DNA of 64,000 nucleotides, from the NCBI GenBank assembly GCA_009914755.4, contig CP068257.2:12000001-12064000 (forward strand). Reading direction: 5' to 3'. The DNA comes from the human T2T-CHM13v2.0 reference genome, Homo sapiens. The translations under genes and the position numbers were made by a program. Within the stretch, counting starts at the first letter, position 1; each line of letters begins with the position of its first letter. Shown here piece by piece: positions 51,290 to 64,000 of this stretch. The notes under the pieces were generated by a model that worked only from the letters and a program-made list of their open reading frames with translations, was not told where the DNA came from and ran no database searches.

Positions 51290-51640
51290 GGAGGGGCTGG
51301 ATGTGGCCTGCGCCCACCCCAAACTCACACACTCTGTCATGCTCACACAGACACACACACTCACACACACTCATAGGCCCAAGCTCACACACCACACTTA
51401 CATGGCTTATTCACACACTTACACACATTAACACACATACGCACTCATATTTACACATCCACACGCAGTTATATTCCACATACACACTCATACTCCCAAG
51501 TTCAAACACCATTATTTCTTCACAAACATTCACACAATAACTCACATACACACTCTCACACATGTACACACTCACCCACACACTCTCCATTACACACATT
51601 TACCTGTCTGTTCTCACACACATGCACAAACACAAAGCCA
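51290..51640. repeat. Degenerate CA/ACAC-rich low-complexity block
   Basis: ...cacacactcacacacactcat...cacacttacacacattaacacacatacgcactcat.... Gives HTHTH-type pseudo-ORFs. Confidence 0.75.
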
Positions 51641-54600
51641 AATTAGAGCCATTTTCCTGGTCCCACACAAAGAAAACTGATACCTCAGTTTCTTGGTCTT
51701 GACCAGAACTGGGTGCATGATTCCATCCAACCACAAGGTGGGGTGGGAATGAAATCCTATCACGTCCTCAGGCCGTGGAGAAAAAAAAAAAAACTATGTC
51801 AGGCCTCTCTAATGCCTCCCACAAATGAGCAGGAGGGATTGAAACAGAAAAGGGGTTCCTCCTGACATGTGGCATTGATGGAGCCCGGTTCTGCCTCATG
51901 CCAAGCCCTGCCTTGCCCCTCGATGATGGAAAATGGTTGTGTGTCTTGTTTCCTGGCCCCCATCTCTGTCTCGGTACAGAGTAGAGATTTGAGTCTCAGT
52001 TTCAAAGACAGGAGTCCCACTAAGCTGACCCACCCACTGACAGATGAAATCTTGCCATCTGCTGACCAAGTTCCCCAAGGCCCCTTGAGACTCAATTTCT
52101 GAAGAGGGTCTGCTCAGAATTCCCCGTCCCCATGATCTGCCCGGCTGTCGGGACACTGGTGAGCCTGCTCAGTGGGGAGTCCCTTTTCAGCTCAGTCAGC
52201 AAGCGGCTCTTCTCTATAAAGAGGCAGGGGATGAACCTCCTCTCTAGTTTTAGCAGCAGAGGCCATGAGACCCATGGCAGAGGCCAGAGCTGTGCAGGCT
52301 GTAGGAGGTACCATGTCAGGGATTTCAAACGGAGGAAGGTACTTTCCAGAGAGTACTGCAGGGAACCAAGCCATATCCACCGTAGCTGCAATAAAGCCTC
52401 TGAGGCTCAGCTTAAACTCAATCTTAGAAATGAAGTCCCAGCACAAGCTTTGCAGGATAAGCAAAATCTAGAGAAGAGAAAATGCAGACCCAGTCAATGA
52501 TAAATATAAGTCATCTGGACCAGCACAGAGCAGATACAGTGCCTTCTCCACATGCAGTGAATGAGGTTCTCACGTCTGTTAGTGTGTGGAATTGAACATC
52601 AGTATCAGAATCATTCTGTGTTACCTACAGCTGGTTTTATGTTGTTATGCCTGTCACCTGATGAATGTGTATCTTTAGCCAACCCTTTCACCCCAAAGCT
52701 CCTGCCCCAACCCCTCCTCCTGGAAGTGCCCATCGCTGGTCTCGGCAGGAGGCTGTTCTTCCCAGCCTGTGGGGTGGCCACCTTGCAGGCTGTAACCCTC
52801 TACAAGAAATAAAGTCTTCTCTCCTTTTCCAAATTTCGATATTCACTTAATCCTTAGCTTCTATTTTTCAAGATTTTAAACTGCTTTTAGGTCATGGCCT
52901 CTTCTCTGTAGGGTCTGGAGGCTGAGAGATGTTCAGCAGGAAAGAGCTGCTAACTAATTCCAGTAGCACTGCTCTTCTGCCTAACGGAGGTGTTTAAATG
53001 TTGATTTTGGCAAAATCTATGAGCAGGTTGCTCCCCATCTCCCGAGATCTCTCACAATACTTTGTAAAACCCAATTTAGCGCATCGTCTGTGAGAGCAGC
53101 TTTTACTGGTTCTGCAGCGATCTTCCTTACTCATAATCTATTGAAATATTGTAAAGCGATGCAGATTTGTGGCATGTGAGGAGAGCATGTAGACACACAC
53201 TCCGCTGTGATTCAAAGTGCCCTAACACCTTCCTCTTCCCTACAGGCTGTGATAGGAGGGTGCTCTGGGTCACTGAAGAAGGGGAGTCATAAAGGAGCAG
53301 AGGCCCCACGTCGTGAGTGCCATCTCTCCTTGAGTGTGGCCTCTTGTTCTAGCCCACAGGCCCACCATGGTCTGACTAAATGCTGGCACTGCTCATACAT
53401 CCACTTTTAAAAATTGAGTTGAACATGAGAACATGATCATTCATATTTTATCCATTTGCATGTATTCAATAACATCCTTTCCCTGTTCTCATCTCTGCTT
53501 TACTGCCTTTTTCTTTAAAGAATGAATGTTTCCATGTTTTATATCCACAGAATTTCTGGCTTTTCCCTTTGGAGTCCAAGGAGCAAGGGCAGAATGAGGA
53601 ACAGGATGTTTCTTACAGACTCATGAGGCCGCAGCACAGAAACTGCAAGAAATGTCAGTCATAAAGTGTCCCAGTGCATTTTAAATTGATGATTATTAAA
53701 ATCCTTCTTTATCTATAGGGGATCTAAAAAATTAAACAACTCATAATTTAAACACGGTTGCCAGTAGCCTGAGTCAAAAATCAGGAGAGGCTCTGTGGTC
53801 TGAAGTCTCCTATTGCTCACCTTGATGAGGGTCTAGTTGCCTAATGGGTTGGTGTAATGATGTCATTCAACACAAGCAAAACACAACTCCCTTGGAGTTG
53901 TTCAAAAAATCAGGAAATAGAAAAAAAATAAGGGAGAATAAAATATTGACAGGAGAGAAAAATGAAGAGTTACTTGGAGATTTGAAGGAGGTGAAATGGG
54001 CAAAAAGTAAATTTAGCAACTAGAATTTAAAGTCAGTGGATAATTAAGTCGAATAATTTATTCTTATGTCCATGTACTTTGGTTTTAAAGTTTTGATTAA
54101 TACTCATTCAACACTAATTTCTAACAAATTAGAATATTTCCACATTGTCTATTTTTACCAGTGAGCTTGTAATAAAGATCCGCTAGTAATTTTAGTACAT
54201 CATAACCTTTCAAAAGAAGCCCATAGAATAAACTAATTTTTAAAGAGTCACATTTTATTCAATGTCTATTTATACATGTTACTAGCAATAAACTCTTTTA
54301 TCTTTAATTTTGAGAAGCTTTACAAATACAGAAAAGTAGAATGACTAATACTCCCGGTAGCCAGGACTCAGATTGGAAAAATAGGTCTAATCGGTTGTTA
54401 CACTGTGTTTATGTCATACATTTCACTTATTTTTATCAAATAAAAATTAGAATTTATAAAATGTTGATTAAAAGGAAAACAGTAAAGTTTAGTCCCATGT
54501 TTCTTCCTCCAAATCTCTTTGTTCTACATTAACAGGTCAGGAGAAGTATGGATGGGGAGGCTGGAAAAGGGGCATCCTTCCCCATGCGGTCCCCAGAGCC

Positions 54601-54799
54601 ACCTTCTCCAAGCAGGACTTGGGGAACATCCTCCTCCATCCAGGACCTAAGGGGTGTCCTTTTCTGTGCTTCCTTGGATGGCAGCCTTTCCTGTGCAGTC
54701 ATTCAGAAAGTCAGGCTGACACATGTTGTCGTCTTGAACTCTGGGTGAATCCCTTCATGTTTATAGTGATTTACCATTAAATCACTGTGCCGTTTTTTC

Positions 54800-56400
<1,601 letters not shown>

Positions 56401-59400
56401 TTTTATGGGGTTTTCTTTTTTTTTTTTAGTATGGATTTTGTACCCTGTTTTTTTTTTTAACTATGACTTTGTTTCATTTATTTATTTTTGGTGAGTTGTT
56501 CAGAAATTAAAATATAAATACTTAATGTATATTAAATATCATAACACTGTATATAAAATATAAAAACCTTACCTTACCATCCTCTCATCTTTTGTGCCAT
56601 GTTGTCATAGATTTTTCTTCTGTACGTGTTGTAATTCCTGGAGGATGTCATCCAAACAGTAATTTCCCCTCCACATATTTACTATTTTTGGCACATTTTC
56701 ATCTTTTCTGTGAACTAGAATTTCCAATTATTATTTTTCTTCATCCTGATCAAGTTTCTTTTGCATTTATCGTGGTTTGGGTTCGATGGCAACACAGTCT
56801 CACAGACTTTCTTTAACTGAAAATGTACTTTTCTCAACTTCAGTTCTGAAGGCTGCTTCAGCAGGTTCAGAATTCTAGGGACACTTTTGACTTTGAACAG
56901 CATCTCTGGGTACCATCTAACATATTATTATATCCAGTTGTGTCAAATCTGTCATCGGCCATAGAACCCTTTGACAGGTGCTTCTTGTTGCTTCAGTTCT
57001 AAGTATTTCATAGTCTTCAGAGACATGGAGAAGTAGCAGTGCTAGTAACAGTACTAGTGAAACCAGGTTAAGCCCTAAAATAATTAAGAAGCCATTGCAT
57101 GCACACACGTGAACGTTTGACTTCAGCTAAAATGCTTTCAAATGTACTATTTTATCTTTATACAAGGCCATAACACAAATTACAATTTTAAAAATACTTT
57201 CACTTTACATATGTGAAAACTGCAGCTCAAAGAATTTAAAAGACAAGATTGAAATCCCATGAGTAGGTAAAGATGGTCAAGTCTGGAGCCCGCATGTCTT
57301 GGTGCCCCCCACACCCTGTTACAGAGAGTGCGAGGCTTCACCAGAAAGCTCTTTCGGCTCAAGGATTAGCTCTGGGGAAGTGCAGCAGGCAGGCCTGCTT
57401 TGCAACCTTTTTTCCAGCAGAAATCCAATGTTTGTTCACGTTTCTAGTTCTTTTAGTTTTGTTTTGTTTCTTACCAGTATGGCTCTGGGAGTTATTTACA
57501 AAATTTAATTTTAAAAGAGACACTCCCCATCATTAGGGTTCCTTGGAAACTTATAAAAAAATAAATAAATACTGGTAGATGAGAAACTTCTGCAAAATTG
57601 TTAGTTATATGTGTAATACATCTAATTGTAACTAAAGAAATGTGTATTACGGTAATAATTTAATTTATTATTGTCATTTTCTTGCCAGATTTGAGGGCAT
57701 TTTTTTAAGCTCTCCACATGTGGTTTACTGTGGACCAAACACTGGCAGCTTCAGGCTTACAATCTGCTGACAAATCCTTCTTAGTTCGTTCACTTTGAAG
57801 AATGTGAGCATGCACTGCTCATGTGCGTGGCAAGCATGCAACCTGATCAGGAGAAGGACAGTGACCACTCACGTCATCAGGTGAACTTGTGACGAGGCCA
57901 TCAAGAGGCTGCACATGTGCTCCAGAAAATGAAATTCCCACTATCAACCTATTTTCCATTTCCACCCAATGGCCCACCCCTGCTCCAAAGCCGTGTCTCC
58001 ACCTCTTAGGAATGCTTGATTTTCAGTATTGCTGAACAGGGGTCAAAGAAAACAAACTGAACAAAGAAACAAATAAAGCCTTTAACCCGGGAGCAAAGAC
58101 ACAGCACCTCCCCACTCCGCAACAGCTCCAGAGCTGCACAGCTGCTGCCAGAGCCTGAGCACAGGCCTGAACTCTGGCCCATGGATCTCACCAATGCATT
58201 TCTTCCCTCTGTGCCAAAAAAAGTATCGATAAATGGGATTCATTTACTTGGGACATAAAATAATGTATACCTATAGTTTTCTCCCAGAACTGTGTAAACC
58301 GGCATGCTGTCTGCCACAATACAGTCCTCACCCTGCATCAGGAGCTCAGATGGGGGAAGCCAGCAGGGCTGGATGCCTGAGAGTCACAGGTGCTTGGAGG
58401 GGAGAGAAAAGCACCACGGAGAGCCAGGCCCTGCCTACAAGTCACATTTCTAGGGGTCTAATGGTCTGGGCAGGCTGGGAGATGCTCTCTAAAGGAAAGG
58501 CAAGAAATATTGCCCCACGTCTCCCACCACCAAACAGAAAGTGCAGGTGGTCAGCCCCAGGGCTCACCTGCCCTTTGCCAGGGTCATGAGTCAGGCCCAG
58601 GCTGCGCCCTCCACACAATCCTCAAGGAGAGTTCCTGCCAGGCTGGGACAACTGCACTGGGACCTGATGCCCTGGGAAGGACAGGGTTGCATTTAACAGA
58701 AACAGCTAAACCTGAAGGGATGAGTTTGCCTTTCCCCGGGGCCATGGGATGGTTTATAGAAAGTTCTACCCATCAGGACAAGACCTCACATGACACCATC
58801 AGAGGAACTGATTTCACGCCACAGAGGGAGGAAGAGGGCACATGCCATAGGTCCACTGGTCACAGCACACACATGCTCCTGGGAGCTTCAGACCCAGCAG
58901 TGTGGCTCAGGTGCCAGGTCAGGATGTGGGAGGACACAGTGTCTGCATGAATCTGTCACCTTTGTTAGCTGCCTTGTCCCACCAGGTAGAAGATGTGGCA
59001 ATTGGAGCACAGCAGTAGGAAGCCCAGTGTCCCCCAACCTTCCACATCATACCCAGGACCTCTGAGGTGCATCTATATCCTGCACATCTAGGCTCTGAAA
59101 AGCAGGAGGTCCTGGTTTCCACAGCTGTGGGGCTTCTAGCCAGGGCAGGGCCAGGTTCTCTGAAAAAAACAAGCTCTGGGTGCTGCTTTGTCCTCAGGCT
59201 GCTCCTCCATGGGACCTGCGGGCAGAAAAATGGGTACCACCTGGACCATGGTGTCAGCAGGAGCAGGGCTGCGCTGCCTGGGGAAGAAAGGGCTCCACGC
59301 AAGTACCTCCTGGTACACAGCACTTGATGGCATGTGGACAAGTGCGGGAGCCCTAGACCAAGGACTCTGTGGTGGGCAAGGCTGAGGGCCCCTTAGGGGT

Positions 59401-62400
59401 GAGGGCCTGGGTTACACCACCAGGGGGTCACCAGGACCCTCAGCAGAAGGTGGAGGGGGTGGTGATCATTACCTGTGCAACCCTGAGATGGGTGGCAGCC
59501 ACAGAACCTAGGGTTCATTGAACCCCCCTTTTGTAACTAGTGCCCAGGAAAAGGCCTAGAATTTAATAAAGACAAGGCCCCTGTCAGTGGAGTGCTGGAT
59601 GGGGCGCACCCCCTGGGGCACACCTGAACCTCCCCCAGGGCCTTGGCTGTGAGCTTTGATTGTAGACACACCTATGCCACGGCCCCTTCAGACTGCTCCC
59701 TTCACCTCTGAAAAACCAAACAGGATGCTTCTGTTCCTGGAAACGTGAATGCCCTTCGTGTGTTTTTTACTTTGACTAGAAACTCATCTGCAGCTGAAAT
59801 ATATGCAGAGACCTCGTGTGCTCCCAAGATTTCCAGGCATCTCTGAGAGTTTGCTTTTCAGTTCCCAGAAGGTGTGAGAGCTCCAAAGCATGTGCTGCTG
59901 GTTTCTCAACTTAGTGTATTTTAGCTCCCTGTGGACAGCATGTTTCTAGCCCCCTTGCACACGCTTGGATCGGATTTTTGAAAAAGCCAAGGGTGGGAGG
60001 CAGAATGATGTGGAATGGGCAGAAACTATGACTAAAGGCTGGCCTCATCCCAGGAGGAGATAGAATGCATTAGCCCAGTGACAGTGCCAGGGAACCCATG
60101 CAGCAGCCTAGGGAAGGTCATGGAATGGAGCTGGGGTTTCGGCTGTCACCATCCCAGGGTTAGACTCAGCCAGGTGAACAGCTGATTCTCCTCCACAGAA
60201 CCCTTGGGCTGGCACAAAACATGCAATTCACAGTGAGAGAAAGACCATTCCTGTCCACCCCTTGTAGCCTCCACACACCTGAGCCCATACCTGACATATC
60301 CCAGAACAAGACTCCACAGCTATGCATCTGTTCTCTCCAGGGCATTTTATGATGAGAGAGGGATTTACTTAATATGATGAAAATAGAAGAGGAAATGACC
60401 TTGACAAGTACATAGTTCCACACCCGCCATCCAGAGCCTAGGAATAGTGCTCAGCCAGGGCCCGGCCCTTCTAGGGCTCTGGGAAGCTGCAGTGAAGGTG
60501 GGGTTGGGACAAGCAAGAGTGGCCATTTGCAGGCAGTGTGGGCACCAGGCCATCTGCAGGGGAAAAGCCCAGTGGGAGGATGAGACGACAGCAGAAACCT
60601 CGCAGGGGCTATGCACCCCCTCCCCGTGGGAAGGGGATACCCTCCCAGGTGGAGCCACTGTTTACATTGAAATCACTCAAGTCCATCACCAGGAAACACA
60701 AAGAGGACTGTCTTGCCAGAGATTAGTGATCTGGGACTTAAACAAAATGCCAGTCAGCAAATGAGAGGATTCTTAGTTCCACAGGCCTCATGTCTATAGT
60801 TGCAGTAAGCAAGACTGAACTCAGCCATGCTCACCTGCAGACACTGAGATGCTTGCTAGGAGGCTGTGGGGTGGAATACAAGACACGAGGGCTGACAAGG
60901 ATGGGAAGAGCATCCCTTTCCTGGCTAGGGGCCTTGGCCAATTCAAAAATAGATAACATGGGGTCTCAGAGCTCCTGAGGCAAGAGCTACGTAGGCATTC
61001 AGAGATACCTGGATGATGGCATTGTCTTCAGTAGAACCTTGAAAAAGCACCAGGGACTCCCAGGCAACTTAGCTTAAATCTGTCTTGAGTAGAGCTGGTC
61101 TTTGGGATCTCCATCAAGTGGGTGATGCCTTTACCACCATGATAGCACATTATAAAGTTGGCCTTGCTAGCAGCAGGGACAGGCCTGATGTCACTGATCC
61201 TGAGGCAAGCATCTTATAAACCCATATAATTTAATTTTGCATAGGCTCAAGCTCATCACTGAGATCATCCTTTGTATGATGATCCATGAGGCCACCGTGA
61301 ACAGCATGGATGGACCCAGGCCATGGAGGGGCCCTCTTCATCCTGGATGAGGAGCCCACAGTGGCCATTGCCCCTCAGTCAGAATAAAATCAAGACAAAA
61401 GCAATCAGAAGACCCATACACCATGAGGCTGAGCCATTTTTCAAAGATGTCAAAATAGGAAAATACTAAAATGGAAGAAAACCCAGAATCCCATCCCCTG
61501 ACTTGCTCCAGAGGCCTCCCCAACTCCAGGCCACCAGGAGCAGGGGCCCTGCAGAGGAACTCTCCCTGGGTAGAAATTCGCTGGTTTTTGCCTTCCACCA
61601 GATGTTGGCAACTTCAATTTCATCTTTTTTGGCATTAGAGCTAATGTTAAAATGACTCAGGTCAAAAAAGAGTGATGTGCTGCAGCCCTGACAATGCTCC
61701 CAGTGAGAATTTGTGCAAAACTCTTCCCTGGATCTACAAAACCAGGTCCAGGCAGGGTGTTGGGGCTGTGACGACTGCATCTCTGCCTCCTCCTCTCTGC
61801 AGTGCGGCCTCTTCACAGGCAGAGCATTCATTCCTCTTTAGCTTCTCACCAGCCCAGGATGCAGGGAAGAAGTAGCTTATCAGCACAGTCTTGGAATATT
61901 TTTACCTTACCAGCTGGGCTCCTATGAACAATGTGTCCAGCTATAGGTAAACAATGTGTGCAAATAATGTGAGAGTGACAGCACCATGTCAGAACCATGC
62001 AAGAAGCTGGCCAGAGGCACAAGCAGCAGATGGGATGCTGATGGGGGTGACCAAAATACAGTATGGGGCAGCTGCGTGCCATGATCAATCTGCAGGGGTA
62101 GGGAAAAAAATAACTCTCGGCCTGGCTAACATTTGCGTGGGGGAACAGTGACCCAAGTCCCCAGGAGAACGTTGAAGAGAACCACGGTTTATTGTGAAAG
62201 GGAAAAGTAACCGCAGAGGCAGAGTTTTCTTTCTGCTTCTAAGCAGATGGGAGGGGTGTAGCCTGCAGAACCAAGGGTGTGGGGGTCCTAGAATGTTGTT
62301 GGTGGTTGTTCAGCAAAGGGCTTCGCTTCTCGGCCTGCAGAACTTTCCGCCCGTGAGTGTGGGTTACATCTATACATACACAGGAAATCATATACTCCCA

Positions 62401-62586
62401 CTCAGCCACCCACATCTAAACATGGTAGTATTAGGAAAAATAGGAAAGCAACATCCTACTAGATTACATTGTTTACAGTGAAACCATTTAAGCCCCTGAG
62501 CCTCTGTGTCACCAATTAACACTGTGTGTAAGGAGAATGCCTGCCCCGTGGGGGTTTGTAAAGACAAAATGTAAAAATAAAATGTA

Positions 62587-62745
62587 GGCTGGGTGCGATG
62601 GCTCACGCCTGTAATCCCAGCACTTTGGGAGGCCGAGGAGCACGGATCACGAGATCAGGAGATCGAGACCATCTTGGCTAACATGGTGAAACCCTGTCTC
62701 TACTAAAAAAATAAATAAATAAATAAATAATAAATTATAAAATAA
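62587..62745 (+). mobile_element. Alu-derived partial element (left-arm only, FLAM-like) followed by (AAAT)n
   Basis: ggctgggtgcgatggctcacgcctgtaatcccagcactttgggaggccgaggagcacggatcacgagatcaggagatcgagaccatcttggctaacatggtgaaaccctgtctctactaaaaaaataaataaataaat. No right arm. Confidence 0.75.
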
Positions 62746-64000
62746 AATGTAGTGTGCTTGGTAAACTAAAGTTCTAAATAAATATTAGTTGTTACTATTA
62801 CTATGTCAGAAGTACTAGTCACAAGACTGGAATACTTCACTTGAATAAGAACTCAGTGCAAAGAAGTTGGACAAATCGGTGAGTTTGAAACTGCAACAGG
62901 ACTAAAAATATGCCAATTAATTTATTAATGTATTCATATTTATTAACTTATTTATATTCAAATGAATTAAATATTTAGTGCATGCTTGGACCTGGGAACA
63001 CACAGCCATCAGTGCCACACGAACTCTGTCCTCACTGCAGTTGTTTTCAGATGACCTCAGAGGAAAATAAGAGGGAAACCACTGGCAATTTCCTTCCGTT
63101 GATACCTTAGCTGACTACATAGCTCATGTTAGGTCGGTCTTAATGAGGAAATCAGAATATTCGGGGCTTCAGTATTAAAACTACAAATCTCTATAGCAAG
63201 CATTCAGAGCTCTTTGGATTAGACATCAGTGGCTGCAGTAATGTTACCTGAGAAACCCACACACTTTCTGAACACTGGCATGAGTATCCTTTCCTTTCGG
63301 TCCACTATATATGGAAAAACACTTTCACCCATCACCCTAAGTGTCCCAAACTGCAGAAGAGGCAGATAGTAGCCAGCTAGTCCCTGTCAAAGGCCCATTG
63401 CCTTTTTCTGGGTCAGCCTGGTCCACCCAGCCTGAGGTGCTCTCTGAGACAGCCTAGCCACCACGCCACATGCCCTTCAGCCTAATCAGAGCATCAGGAT
63501 GCTGTGCACGGCCATTAGCTGGGGTGACTCAGAATTATCTGCTGTAGAACAGGGCTCTGAGTGAAGGATGTGGTCACTCAGACCACATAGATGGTTCAAG
63601 CTCTTACTCCTCTGTCAGCTCAGAGCCTGCACAGTGGAAAGGAAGTGCATCTATTGATTTCTTGGCCAAAAGAACTAGTTAATACATTTTTAAAAACTTT
63701 GACATTTTGTTTTAAAGCAACAGTGGGCCTTGTTTAACTAAAATCTCATTTCTCCAGCCTAATTTTGCTGGAAAGGCCCCAAACCAAGGCAAGCCCCTGG
63801 AGGAGAGAGAGCAGCTAGGATGCTGGCACCAGATGGCTTTGTTCCCCAGCCTTCAATATACTCAGTTAGAAAATAACCACATCAGAGGTTTGATAAGATT
63901 ATCCCCCAGGCCATTTTTCAGGTCTAAATGTTACCATATTTTATACGAGAATACGGTATTTGAATCAACTCTCAGGGGACCCAGCCTTCAGGAGACACTG

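Overview
This window reads as human repeat-rich, mostly non-coding DNA; no intact protein-coding gene, RNA gene or CRISPR array can be supported. About half is recognisable interspersed repeat: at least 11 Alu copies, several old L1 fragments on both strands, and microsatellites derived from Alu tails. The unique content is three pseudogenes and two large GC-rich tandem arrays. (1) A GRAMD4 processed pseudogene lies on the minus strand (~10187-11930). It is split by a later 0.5-kb poly(A) retro-insertion with a 9-bp target-site duplication. (2) A CXADR (coxsackie/adenovirus receptor) processed pseudogene lies on the plus strand (20276-23544). It sits inside an antisense L1 and is flanked by a ~19-bp target-site duplication. 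(3) A LONRF2 exon-1-like, CpG-rich duplicated fragment lies at ~49083-49960. It is joined directly to the truncated 3' side of an old L1 at a breakpoint carrying short local duplications. The arrays are a 37-bp-unit GC-rich array (~23775-26255, with a homogenised 3-unit/111-bp higher-order core) and a diverged ~300-bp-unit GC-rich array (~38805-42150) that begins exactly where an Alu is cut off. The combination of GRAMD4P, CXADRP and LONRF2P with GC-rich satellite-like arrays is, from memory, typical of human pericentromeric segmental-duplication blocks near POTE genes. I cannot assign the chromosome from sequence alone. The long ORFs in the supplied track are nearly all translations of GC-rich or CA-rich low-complexity DNA, tandem repeats, or L1 ORF2 remnants. 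I see no evidence of a new biological system. The most informative signals are the nested retro-insertion events, which give a relative chronology, and the two tandem arrays.
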